DNA of 58,858 nt from assembly GCA_016212695.1 (NCBI GenBank), contig JACREX010000147.1:1-58858 (forward strand). The letters are read 5' to 3'. Below, one piece after another: positions 8,844 to 18,860 of this stretch (position 1 is its first letter; the number at the start of each line of letters is the position of its first letter). This DNA comes from Bacteroidia bacterium (GTDB lineage Bacteria > Bacteroidota > Bacteroidia > Bacteroidales > GWF2-35-48). The translations under genes and the position numbers were made by a program. The notes beneath the pieces are model-generated. The model had not been told where the DNA came from and ran no database searches. It was given only the letters and a program-made list of their open reading frames with translations.

Positions 8844-11571
8844 TAGTGTTATCACTTTTTAAAATCGTGTTATCGGATTTGAGTTGTGAATTTTCATTTT
8901 TCAATGTTTCGATTTCTTTTTCCTGGTCGTTAATTTTATTATTAAGTGATTTCACAGCTTCCAGAAGAATTGGTGTGAACTTTTCATATGCAACGCTTTT
9001 ATATCCTTCATTGTCTGTAGTAATCAATTCAGGGAATATTTCTTCTATTTCCTGTGCTATTACACCTATCTGGTGGCCTTTAGGAAAATTTTTATCAACG
9101 AATTCCGAATATTTCCAATCATAGCAGACACCTCTGAGTTTACATATTTTTTCAAGTGAGTTTTCAAGGGTAAGGATATTTGTTTTATATCTTACATCAG
9201 ACCAAGTAGCAGAGCCAGCAGTAATTGTAGCGCCATTTGCCCATATTGTGCCCCCGACCTCGAGAGTATACGTTGTAGGCATTCGGTTGATACCTACTCT
9301 GTCGCCTGAAAAGTCGCCTCCAATCAAAGGTGTAGCGCTTGAGGAATTTTCAATATACAGTTTATTAGAGCCTGTTTCATTAAAGCCTGCTTGGTACCCT
9401 ATAAATACATTGGAAGAGCCGCTACTGAGATTTCCAACTTCATAGCCTATATAAGTATTATAATTTCCTGTAGCGTTGTTCTCAGCAGCGAATGTACCTA
9501 TATAAGTATTATACGAACCTGTAGTAGTCCAACGTCCGGCAACATGACCAAAAAATGAGTTTCCATACCCGTTTGCTGCAGCGCCAGCCCAATTTCCGAT
9601 ATATGTATTTTGTGCGCCATTAGTATTTGCAGCGCCGGAATATGTACCCATACACACATTTGAACTCGCAGTAGTATTCGAATATCCTGCATAGTAACCA
9701 ATAAAAATATTATAATGACCAAGAGTATTTGAATAACCACTATTATTTCCCAAGCAAACATTTATAGTGCCAGTTGTATTATTTCGACCTGCTCCATTTC
9801 CAATAAATGCGTTAAAAAAACCAGATGTATTAGAAAACCCTGTACTATCGCCTATAAAAATATTGCTGTATCCATCGGCATTATTATATCCTGTTTTATA
9901 TCCTATAAAATAATTTTTAGAACCTGCTGTAGTTTTGTATCCGCTTTTATAACCGATAAACGAATTATATAAACCGCTGGTAACAGATTTTCCCGCTTCA
10001 TGCCCGATAAAATAGTTATTTGGCGTTAATTGCATATAACTGGTTTTGCTTGAGGCTCCGATATTTTTTACACCAAATCCCATTGTCGTGTCGGTAGTAT
10101 AAATTCGTGTACTGTCAGAATTTATTAACAAAAAATTATTCGTAAATGCTTTTGTAGAACTTTTCCCGCTAACAGCAAAACAGCCTTTGTTCTGTGCTTT
10201 ACTTGGGTCGTCTTTTACAAAAAAATGAACGCTGTCCTGATAAACCACCATTACGGTTTTCCCTGTTTTGTCTTTTATTTCAAACAAAGGTTCCGTATCA
10301 GCCGCGCTTGAGTCAGCCTGTATTTGTAATCTTCCGGAAGGGACAGTTGTCCCAAGGCCAATTCTCGTTCCATTTTGAAACATCAAAGAATTCCCTAAAG
10401 AATTTGAAGAAATAAATTTAGGAATATAATTCGTATCTCCGTCTGAAAAACCTATTACTGGGCTTGACCATATGGCATTACCCAAAGCATCGGATGTTAA
10501 AATTTTGCCTGAACCTTCGCTATCGTCGGTGATTCGTAAGGTACCATTCAGATGCAATGAAGTAGTTGGGCTTGATGTTCCTATTCCTAAGCGTGAATTG
10601 GCATTATCCCAGAACAAATTAGTATTGCCTCCGAATGTTCCATTATTGTTGAATTGTATATTTCCATTTGATCCGCCTGCAGTATAATCCGGATGCGTGT
10701 GATTGCCTTCCGCTATTGTTCCGGCGCTTGTTCCAAAATCTGCGCTGAAGGTTGTTCCATTCATACTTAAACCTGTCCCGGCCTGATACATTGTATTGCT
10801 GTCTGTCGAGTTTATAGTAAAATTCGGATACATACCCGTAACCGTTGTCGCTCCTGTGCCTGATAAAGTAATGGCCTGATCGGGCTCTGTATTTGTGATG
10901 GTTCCTCCCGTAATATCAATTCCTGTTCCTGCATTATAGGTTGTGTTACTATCTGTGGAATGTATGGTGAAACTCGGATACGTACCCGTTACCGTTGTTG
11001 CGCCTGTGCCTGTTAAAGAGATGGTCTGATCAGGGTTTGTGTTGGTAATGGTAAAATCAGGATATGTGCCCGTGACGGATATCCCGCTGCCATTAGTTAA
11101 TGTTACCAACTGGTTTGGCGAAGTATTTTTAATCGTGTCGTTTGAAATACTTATCCCGTTTCCCGCTTTGTAATTGCCGGGCGAATACAGCGCATACGGC
11201 ACAGATAGCAACTGGTTTGTGCCCATTACCGTATAGTTATTCCCTCCGTTTATATCCAATTCAATCTTGATGTAATAGGAATTATTTCCCCACTCTATCG
11301 TTGAAAAATTACCGGACGAATTTGTGCCATTTCCGACTTCGAGGTTTACCAAACCAAAAGGATTGGTAGTTGCAGAATGTTCCTCGGAATATACAGAAGC
11401 GCCTGTAGCGCTTCCCTGCAGAATGTTTATCCTGAAACTTATATCATGGTTTGGAATAACTGTACCGCTGCTGTTACGCACTACAGCCTGATAATTGAAG
11501 GCATGGGGGGATTGTGCAAATATTGTAGCACTAATCAACAAACTGATAACGGAAACTAAAAACTTTTTCAT
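8755..11571 (-). CDS. Secreted trimeric fibre/adhesin with S74 domain (paralog 2)
   Basis: Start refined to MKKFLVSV (11571); same N-domain; N.FIG..AG repeats; WSDVRYKTNI; coiled-coil tail. Confidence 0.8.
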   Translation of the reverse strand: MKKFLVSVISLLISATIFAQSPHAFNYQAVVRNSSGTVIPNHDISFRINILQGSATGASVYSEEHSATTNPFGLVNLEVGNGTNSSGNFSTIEWGNNSYYIKIELDINGGNNYTVMGTNQLLSVPYALYSPGNYKAGNGISISNDTIKNTSPNQLVTLTNGSGISVTGTYPDFTITNTNPDQTISLTGTGATTVTGTYPSFTIHSTDSNTTYNAGTGIDITGGTITNTEPDQAITLSGTGATTVTGMYPNFTINSTDSNTMYQAGTGLSMNGTTFSADFGTSAGTIAEGNHTHPDYTAGGSNGNIQFNNNGTFGGNTNLFWDNANSRLGIGTSSPTTSLHLNGTLRITDDSEGSGKILTSDALGNAIWSSPVIGFSDGDTNYIPKFISSNSLGNSLMFQNGTRIGLGTTVPSGRLQIQADSSAADTEPLFEIKDKTGKTVMVVYQDSVHFFVKDDPSKAQNKGCFAVSGKSSTKAFTNNFLLINSDSTRIYTTDTTMGFGVKNIGASSKTSYMQLTPNNYFIGHEAGKSVTSGLYNSFIGYKSGYKTTAGSKNYFIGYKTGYNNADGYSNIFIGDSTGFSNTSGFFNAFIGNGAGRNNTTGTINVCLGNNSGYSNTLGHYNIFIGYYAGYSNTTASSNVCMGTYSGAANTNGAQNTYIGNWAGAAANGYGNSFFGHVAGRWTTTGSYNTYIGTFAAENNATGNYNTYIGYEVGNLSSGSSNVFIGYQAGFNETGSNKLYIENSSSATPLIGGDFSGDRVGINRMPTTYTLEVGGTIWANGATITAGSATWSDVRYKTNILTLENSLEKICKLRGVCYDWKYSEFVDKNFPKGHQIGVIAQEIEEIFPELITTDNEGYKSVAYEKFTPILLEAVKSLNNKINDQEKEIETLKNENSQLKSDNTILKSDNTILKSKIQEIDNLKAEIANIKLSIGTSSNK

Positions 11572-11682
11572 AATTCTAAATTTATTTGTTAATTTATTTA
11601 TTTGATGATGTTCCGATGGATAATTTAATATTGGCAATCTCTGCTTTTAAATTGTCAATTTCCTGAATTTTGGATTTTAATA
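11553..11682. repeat. 130-bp direct repeat, copy 2
   Basis: 129/130 identical to 8714-8843. Confidence 0.93.
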
Positions 11683-14600
11683 AGGTGTTATCATTTTTTA
11701 AAATGGTGTTATCAGATTTTATCAATGTATTTTCCTTTTCGAGATTTTGAATTTTATCATTTAGTTCTTCAATCATTTTCTGCTGTTCCTGCACTGCTTT
11801 TACCAGAGGAACTGTAAATTCTGCATAACGCAAACCATAATAATCTCTTTCATTTTTTGGTTTGTCCACACCGCTGAAATCAAAACCAAGTTCATTGGCT
11901 GCTTTTTCAACATCCTGTGCAACAAATCCTGTTTGCAGTATGGATTCCTTTATTTTTTCAGCGTCAAACAATCGTAACGAATCGGGGGTTTGTAAAAATT
12001 CAGCCAGTTGATTCATATCTAAATGATAGGTTATCGGTTTAAGTTTCATGATAAAAGCAAGGCCCGGCACATTTTCGGCAACATCTTTTTTGAATCGTTT
12101 ATCGGAAAGATTTGTCCATGCCGCATAGCCCCCTATACTGGTAACGGAATTGTTGCCTACTCTGACCTGATTGCTGGCAGTAATGGCAGCGCTGTTACCT
12201 AAAGCAGTGGAGTTTGTATAAGAAGTAGAAACCGGAGAAAAGAATGCTCCGAATCCAAGAGCAGTATTATAATCACCGGTATTGTAATATAATGACCACC
12301 GCCCAATTGCAGTATTTCCATAACCTATACCATAATACATAGCTTGGTCTCCAATTGCAACATTAGAGTTTCCGGTAGTATTACTATACAAAGCAGCATT
12401 TCCTTCGGCAACATTTGAATTACCGGTTGTATTAGAATACATAGCCTGGTAACCGTTAGCTGTATTTTTAGTACCCGTTGTATTAGAATACAAAGCCTGA
12501 TAACCATTTGCAACATGGTATCCTTCAGTATTATTATAAAGCGCCCGATAGCCATTTGCAACATTGTAATTTCCTGCGCCTCCGGTATTAAAATAAAGCG
12601 CCTGATAACCATTAGCAACATTGTTTATTCCTGTTGTGTTTGAATAAAGTGCAAAATAACCATTTGCGGTATTGCCCCATCCTGATGTATTGGAATAACC
12701 TGCCCTGCTGCCAAGGAACACATTGTAGTTTCCATTATTTGTAAATCCTGCAAAAAAACCAAGAAATACATTTTGGTTACCGCCTGTATTTGTGTATCCA
12801 CAACTGTTTCCAATAAAAACATTGCTCTCTCCGGTTGTATTATCCCGGCCTGCCTGGTAACCCATAAATGAATTGTTAGCGCCCGAAGTATTTTGTCTCC
12901 CGGCTTCATACCCTAAGAATACATTGTAGTTTGCATTATTAGTGTATCCGGCATAATAGCCAAGAAATACATTATTATTTCCTGTTGTATTTGTATAACC
13001 CGCCCTGTATCCAAGAGCAACATTCTCATTACCTGAAGAATTACTGTAAAGCGACTGATAACCCATAGCAATATTCCTGTTGCCTGAACTGTTACCTCGT
13101 ATAGCTTCAACACCCACAGCTACATTATATGTCCCAACGGAATTGTAATACAATGAGTTATTCCCCAATGCAACATTATATTCACCGCCTGTATTATATG
13201 CCAGCGACTGATTACCAACAGCTACATTGGAACTCCCTGTATTGGAAATTCCCAAAGCATTTGAACCAACTGCCACGTTACTCTGCCCGTTGCTGTTCCA
13301 GCCCGCAGAATAACCAAGAAAAGTATTGGAGCTGCCATCAATATTATTTTTCCCTGAATTATATCCGACAAATACATTATAATAACCGCTTGTTGTAGCC
13401 AGACCGGTTTCATAACCCATGTAATTATTGTACATACCCGTAGTATTGGCGTTACCCGATTTATATCCAATAAAGTAATTATCAGGAGTAAGTTTCATAT
13501 AACTTGTTTTTGAAGAGACACCGATATTTTTTATACCAAATCCCATTGTCGTGTCGGTAGTATAAATTCGGGTGCTGTCAGGATTTATTAATAAATAATT
13601 ATTGGTAAAACTTTTTGTGTCGCTTTTACCGCTCACTGCAAAACACCCCCTGTTCTGCGCTTTGGCGCCACCCGGGTCTTTCACGAAAAAATGAACGCTG
13701 TCTTTATAAAGCACCATCACCGTCTGCCCGCTTTTGTCTTTTACTTCAAAAATCGGTTCATTATCTAAGGCCGCCAAGTCCTGCTGTATCATGAACCTTC
13801 CCGAAGGCGTGGTGGTGCCGAGCCCGATATAATTTCCATTTTGATATAACAGGGAATTGTCTAAAGAGTTTGCGGAAATGAATTTGGGAATATAATTGGT
13901 ATTACCGTTTGAAGAACCGATTGCCGGAGTTTGCCATGAGCCTACCCCATTGGCATCGGATGTGAATATTTTACCTGCTCCTTCAGAGTCGTCGGTGATT
14001 CGTAAGGTACCGTTCAGATGCAATGAAGCAGTAGGGTTTGATGTTCCTATTCCAAGTCGTGAATTGGCATTATCCCAGAACAAATCAGTATTGCCTCCGA
14101 ATGTTCCATTATTGTTGAATTGCACATTTCCGTTTATTCCGCCTGCCGTATAATCTGAATGAGCGTGATTGCCTTCTGAAACCATACCGGCGCCTGTTCC
14201 GAATACAGCGCTAAAAATGTCGCCTGAAAGCAATAATCCTGTTCCTGCCGAATACGTAGTATTATTATCTGTAGAATTAATGGTGAAATTCGGATACGTA
14301 CCTGTGACCGTTGTTGCGCCCGTACCGTTTAAAGTAATCGCCTGATCGGGATTTGTGTTGGTGATGGAAAAACCGGGATATGTGCCCGTTATGGAAATCC
14401 CATTCCCATTGGTTAAAACTACCGTTTGATCCTGGGCGGTATTAATGATCTGGTTCGAGCCATTAATATTGATACCTGCTCCTGCGCTGTAGGTGGTATT
14501 ATTGTCTGTTGAATTAATAGTATAATTCGGATACGTACCCATGACCGTTGTTGCGCCTGTGCCTGTTAAAGAGATGGTCTGATCGGGGTTTGTGTTGGTA

Positions 14601-15136
14601 ATTGTAAAATCAGGATATGTGCCTGTGACGGATATCCCGCTGCCATTGGTTAATGTTACCAACTGGTTTGGCGAAATGTTTTTAATCGTGTCGTTCGAAA
14701 TACTTATCCCGTTTCCCGCTTTGTAATTACCCGGAGAATACAGCGCATATGGCACAGAGAGCAACTGGTTTGTGCCCATTACCGTGTAATTACTTCCACC
14801 GCTTATGTCTAATTCTATCTTGATGTAATAGGAATTGTTTCCCCAATCAATCGTGGAAAAATTACCTGACGGATTTGCGCCATTGCCTACTTCGAGGTTC
14901 ACCAACCCAAACGGATTGGTAGTTGAAGAATGCTCCTCGGAATACACAAGCGAACCCGTGGAACTGCCTTGCAGAATGTTTATCCTGAAACTTACGTTTT
15001 GGTTTGGAATTACATTGCCACTGTTATTACGCACTATGGCCTGGTAATTAAATGCGTGCGGAACTTGCGCAAAAATATTTTCACTACAGCTTGCACAGAT
15101 AAAACAAAGGACGAGGGGTATAAAAATTGCTTTCAT
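11594..15136 (-). CDS. Secreted trimeric fibre/adhesin with S74 domain (paralog 1, first in operon)
   Basis: Start refined to MKAIFIPL (15136); same N-domain; longest 14-aa repeat tract; LSDKRFKKDV; coiled-coil tail. Confidence 0.8.
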   Translation of the reverse strand: MKAIFIPLVLCFICASCSENIFAQVPHAFNYQAIVRNNSGNVIPNQNVSFRINILQGSSTGSLVYSEEHSSTTNPFGLVNLEVGNGANPSGNFSTIDWGNNSYYIKIELDISGGSNYTVMGTNQLLSVPYALYSPGNYKAGNGISISNDTIKNISPNQLVTLTNGSGISVTGTYPDFTITNTNPDQTISLTGTGATTVMGTYPNYTINSTDNNTTYSAGAGININGSNQIINTAQDQTVVLTNGNGISITGTYPGFSITNTNPDQAITLNGTGATTVTGTYPNFTINSTDNNTTYSAGTGLLLSGDIFSAVFGTGAGMVSEGNHAHSDYTAGGINGNVQFNNNGTFGGNTDLFWDNANSRLGIGTSNPTASLHLNGTLRITDDSEGAGKIFTSDANGVGSWQTPAIGSSNGNTNYIPKFISANSLDNSLLYQNGNYIGLGTTTPSGRFMIQQDLAALDNEPIFEVKDKSGQTVMVLYKDSVHFFVKDPGGAKAQNRGCFAVSGKSDTKSFTNNYLLINPDSTRIYTTDTTMGFGIKNIGVSSKTSYMKLTPDNYFIGYKSGNANTTGMYNNYMGYETGLATTSGYYNVFVGYNSGKNNIDGSSNTFLGYSAGWNSNGQSNVAVGSNALGISNTGSSNVAVGNQSLAYNTGGEYNVALGNNSLYYNSVGTYNVAVGVEAIRGNSSGNRNIAMGYQSLYSNSSGNENVALGYRAGYTNTTGNNNVFLGYYAGYTNNANYNVFLGYEAGRQNTSGANNSFMGYQAGRDNTTGESNVFIGNSCGYTNTGGNQNVFLGFFAGFTNNGNYNVFLGSRAGYSNTSGWGNTANGYFALYSNTTGINNVANGYQALYFNTGGAGNYNVANGYRALYNNTEGYHVANGYQALYSNTTGTKNTANGYQAMYSNTTGNSNVAEGNAALYSNTTGNSNVAIGDQAMYYGIGYGNTAIGRWSLYYNTGDYNTALGFGAFFSPVSTSYTNSTALGNSAAITASNQVRVGNNSVTSIGGYAAWTNLSDKRFKKDVAENVPGLAFIMKLKPITYHLDMNQLAEFLQTPDSLRLFDAEKIKESILQTGFVAQDVEKAANELGFDFSGVDKPKNERDYYGLRYAEFTVPLVKAVQEQQKMIEELNDKIQNLEKENTLIKSDNTILKNDNTLLKSKIQEIDNLKAEIANIKLSIGTSSNK

Positions 15137-15217
15137 AATTTTTTTGATTAAAGGTATTTCTTTGTAAAGATACTGGAATTTTATATAAAAAAAATCAAAA
15201 ATGTTTGTCAAGCAAAT

Positions 15218-15292
15218 AAGTACTTAGAGTAAGCTATAGTTTGGAGTACTTAAAGTACATTAGGCACTCAAGGCGCTCCAAATTTTAGGCAA
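15218..15292. repeat. Inverted degenerate ~9-mer arrays (GTACTTAAA / TTAGGCAC type)
   Basis: gctatagtttggagtacttaaagt is imperfectly complementary to actcaaggcgctccaaattttagg. Confidence 0.6.
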
Positions 15293-15350
15293 GTATTAAA
15301 AAAATAAAATTTTAGGGTGCAATAGTATAATTGGCTTTTATTTATTAAAT

Positions 15351-15366
15351 TGGCACAAGACTTGAC
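15351..15366 (+). promoter_or_regulatory. Putative sigma54 (-24/-12)-like site upstream of lon
   Basis: TGGCAC-AAGAC-TTGAC versus consensus TGGCAC-N5-TTGCW, with a non-consensus -12 element. Confidence 0.45.
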
Positions 15367-15494
15367 AAAAAGGGGGGCACAAAGTTTTGAGAATTACAGG
15401 CAGATAAAGGGAATTGCTTATCTGTCATTCCTGTTTTTAAATAATGTAATGATAAACAGAGTGTCAATTTGTCTGTTTTAAAAGGTTTGACATT

Positions 15495-17948
15495 ATGAGT
15501 TCTGAAATTAATATGGGTTTTTCCGGCATTCTGTTTGGCGATCTGTCCGCCAATACGGAGATAATACCAATTGGCGCCGATGAAATAAAAGATTTTAACA
15601 GTAAAATTGAAATTCCTGATACGCTATCCATCCTGCCGCTGAAGAACACGGTTCTTTTTCCGGGAGTTGTATTGCCCATCAGTGTCGGAAGGAATAAATC
15701 CATCAAACTTCTCAGAGATGCTTACAGAGAAAATAAAATTATCGGAACTGTTTCGCAAAAGGATGTATATGTAGATAACCCGGAGATTAAAGACCTGAAT
15801 ATGGTGGGCACCGTGGCGCAGATATACAAAATCATCGAAATGCCTGACGAGTCTACAACCGTGATAATACAAGGCCTGAAGCGATTCAGGATAGACGAGA
15901 TTATTTCTGATGATCCGTATTTCAAAGCCCGGATAACCAGTCTCGAAGATATAAATCCCCCGGAAAAAGATAAGGAATATGAAGCCCTGGTGGCATCCCT
16001 GAAAGACCTGTCGTTAAAGATCATTCAGTTGTCGCATCATATCCCTCCGGAAGCCTCGTTTGCCGTAAAAAATATTGAGAACTATCCGTTTCTTATAAAT
16101 TTTATCTGTTCGAACAGCGATATAAAACCTATCGAAAAGCAGAAGTTGCTCGAAACCGATGATTTAAAAATCCGTTCAACGCTGCTGCTTGAATATCTGT
16201 CGCACGAACTTCAGATGCTGGAGTTGAAAAATAATATACAATCTAAAGTCAATGTAGAGATAAACAAACAACAGAAAGAATACCTGCTTCACCAGCAGAT
16301 GCGGACGATCCAGGAAGAGCTTGGCGGAAACCCGCTGGAGAAAGAAGCTGAAGAGATTAAGATCAAAGCGAAAGAAAAAAAATGGAAACAGGAAGTGGCA
16401 AAGCATTTTGAAAAAGAACTGGAAAAACTTCAACGGTTAAACCCGGTTGCCGGAGAATATTCCGTTCAGTTGAATTACCTGCAGACCTTACTGGAAATGC
16501 CATGGAATGAATATTCGGAAGATAAATTCGACCTGAAAAATGCAGAGAAGATTTTAGATGAAGATCATTTCGGGCTTGAAAAGGTAAAAGAACGAATTCT
16601 TGAGCATCTCGCCGTATTGAAACTGAAGGGCGATCTGAAAGCCCCGATAATATGCCTTTACGGACCTCCCGGAACAGGAAAAACATCACTCGGAAAATCC
16701 ATTGCCAAAGCGCTGGGACGAAAATATGTGAGAATGTCGCTGGGCGGACTTCACGATGAAGCCGAGATACGCGGGCACAGAAAAACATATATCGGCGCTA
16801 TGCCGGGCAGGATTATGCAGAGTATTAAAAAAGCAAAATCTGCAAACCCGGTTTTTGTTCTTGACGAGATTGACAAGGTGGGTAATGATTTTCGCGGCGA
16901 CCCGTCGTCTGCCCTGCTCGAAGTATTAGATCCGGAGCAGAATTCGGCATTTTATGATAATTACTTGGAGATTGAATTTGATCTATCAAATGTAATGTTC
17001 ATTGCTACCGCCAACACCACTACCACCATTGCCCCCGCTTTGCGTGACCGGATGGAAATCATCAATGTTACCGGGTATATTGTGGAAGAAAAAATTGAAA
17101 TCGCCAAACAGCACATCATCCCGAAGCAGTTGGAAATACATGGATTAAAGAAGGATCAACTTGTATTCAATGATAAAATTATTGAGAAAATCATTGAACA
17201 GTACACACGGGAATCCGGCGTAAGGGAGCTTGAGAAAAAAATCGCAAAAGTTATCCGCAAGCTTGCAAAAAAAATAGCTTTCAACGAAAAATTCAATAAA
17301 AATTTTAGCGCAGGTCATTTTAAAAATATTCTGGGAACGCCGGAATATTTCAGGGAGGCATACCAGGGAAATGAATTTGCGGGAGTTGTAACCGGCCTTG
17401 CATGGACGGCCAATGGCGGCGAGATTTTATTTATCGAAACAAGCGTCAGCAGGGGCAAAGGCAATCTCACGATAACCGGAAACTTAGGCGAAGTGATGAA
17501 GGAGTCTGCGGTGATTGCCCTTGAATATATCAAAGCGCATGCGGATCTGCTGAACCTGCCCGGGAAGATTTTTGAAAACTGGAATTACCATGTACATGTG
17601 CCGGAAGGAGCCATTCCGAAAGACGGCCCCTCAGCAGGAATTGCCATGGTTACTTCGCTGGCATCGGCATTCACGCAACGAAAAGTGAAACCGCATGTTG
17701 CCATGACCGGCGAGATCACGCTTCGCGGAAAAGTGATGCCTGTGGGCGGAATCAAAGAAAAAATCCTGGCGGCAAAACGCGCCGGAATAAAAGAGATCGT
17801 AATTTCTGAAGAAAACAAAAAAGACATTGAAGATATCAAAGCGATTTACCTTGCAGGTTTGAAATTCCTATATGTAAAAACCATCATGGATGTGCTGAAT
17901 ATTACCCTGATGAAAGAGAAGGTGAAGAAACCGGTTAAGTTTATTTAA
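15495..17948 (+). CDS. lon: ATP-dependent protease La
   Basis: LON N-domain, Walker [22 protein letters not shown], catalytic KDGPSAG. Confidence 0.97.
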   Translation: MSSEINMGFSGILFGDLSANTEIIPIGADEIKDFNSKIEIPDTLSILPLKNTVLFPGVVLPISVGRNKSIKLLRDAYRENKIIGTVSQKDVYVDNPEIKDLNMVGTVAQIYKIIEMPDESTTVIIQGLKRFRIDEIISDDPYFKARITSLEDINPPEKDKEYEALVASLKDLSLKIIQLSHHIPPEASFAVKNIENYPFLINFICSNSDIKPIEKQKLLETDDLKIRSTLLLEYLSHELQMLELKNNIQSKVNVEINKQQKEYLLHQQMRTIQEELGGNPLEKEAEEIKIKAKEKKWKQEVAKHFEKELEKLQRLNPVAGEYSVQLNYLQTLLEMPWNEYSEDKFDLKNAEKILDEDHFGLEKVKERILEHLAVLKLKGDLKAPIICLYGPPGTGKTSLGKSIAKALGRKYVRMSLGGLHDEAEIRGHRKTYIGAMPGRIMQSIKKAKSANPVFVLDEIDKVGNDFRGDPSSALLEVLDPEQNSAFYDNYLEIEFDLSNVMFIATANTTTTIAPALRDRMEIINVTGYIVEEKIEIAKQHIIPKQLEIHGLKKDQLVFNDKIIEKIIEQYTRESGVRELEKKIAKVIRKLAKKIAFNEKFNKNFSAGHFKNILGTPEYFREAYQGNEFAGVVTGLAWTANGGEILFIETSVSRGKGNLTITGNLGEVMKESAVIALEYIKAHADLLNLPGKIFENWNYHVHVPEGAIPKDGPSAGIAMVTSLASAFTQRKVKPHVAMTGEITLRGKVMPVGGIKEKILAAKRAGIKEIVISEENKKDIEDIKAIYLAGLKFLYVKTIMDVLNITLMKEKVKKPVKFI

Positions 17949-17998
17949 CGCTTTATCGGGAACATCTTTTATACTTCAATTGGTCATAAATTAAGATT

Positions 17999-18141
17999 TA
18001 TACTAAAAACGGGATAAATTATCGCATTTTGAAAAGTTGGTAGTAGTAGTTGGTAGTTTGCAGTAACAGAGCGACTACCAACTACCGCTACCATCTTCCA
18101 ACTCATATTTTGTTGCGGAAATTTACACCATCTGCAGTATA
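17999..18141. mobile_element. TATACT-ended MITE-like element, copy A (cargo GGTAGT/ACTACC arrays)
   Basis: TATACTAAAAACGGGATAAATT ... AATTTACACCATCTGCAGTATA imperfect TIR with TA at both ends. Confidence 0.7.
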
Positions 18142-18254
18142 ATACAAAAGAAATTTATAGCAAAGCAAAGTATATTTGGAATTTAATTTTTTTTAATATT
18201 TTTACATATCTTTTTTATGTATTCTGAATTCCGTAAAGAATAATAATTTGAACT

Positions 18255-18860
18255 ATGGCTGATCTGCACAGTTTTTATAAAAAAGGAGTTACCGAGGCAG
18301 GATGCGACGAGGCCGGAAGAGGCAGCCTGGCAGGCCCTGTATTTGCCGCTGCCGTTATCCTGCCTAAAAATTTCAAATATGCCCTGATAAATGATTCTAA
18401 AAAGCTAAGCGAGAGCGACCGGTATGAATTAAGAGAGATCATAGAAAAAAAAGCGCTGGCCTTTTCTGTAGCCATGGCAGATAATCAAGAGATCGACAAG
18501 ATTAATATTTTAAAAGCCTCTATTCTTGCGATGCACCGGGCTCTTGACAAACTGAAAACAAAACCCAAACACCTGATTATTGACGGCAACCAGTTCAGGA
18601 ATTATAAAAAAATACCACACACCTGTATTGTCAAAGGAGACGGGTTATATTTATCCATTGCGGCAGCATCCATTCTTGCAAAAACTTACAGAGACGACTA
18701 CATGAATAAACTCCACGAAGAATATCCGGATTACGGATGGGATGAAAATAAAGGCTATGCTACAGAAAAACACAGGGCTGCCATTAAAAAACACGGCATA
18801 ACGTCGTATCACCGGAAATCATATAAGCTGCTCGAAACCCAACTGTCGTTTAATTTTTAA
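18255..18860 (+). CDS. rnhB: Ribonuclease HII
   Basis: GCDEAGRGSLAGPV, NDSKKL, VKGDG..SIAAASILAK. Confidence 0.96.
   Translation: MADLHSFYKKGVTEAGCDEAGRGSLAGPVFAAAVILPKNFKYALINDSKKLSESDRYELREIIEKKALAFSVAMADNQEIDKINILKASILAMHRALDKLKTKPKHLIIDGNQFRNYKKIPHTCIVKGDGLYLSIAAASILAKTYRDDYMNKLHEEYPDYGWDENKGYATEKHRAAIKKHGITSYHRKSYKLLETQLSFNF

Noticed and set aside
5502-15136. Prophage tail region or DGR target
   Set aside because: The genes have signal peptides and no capsid, terminase, integrase or reverse transcriptase is present. I saw no template/variable repeat pair with adenine-specific differences, though this was not computed.
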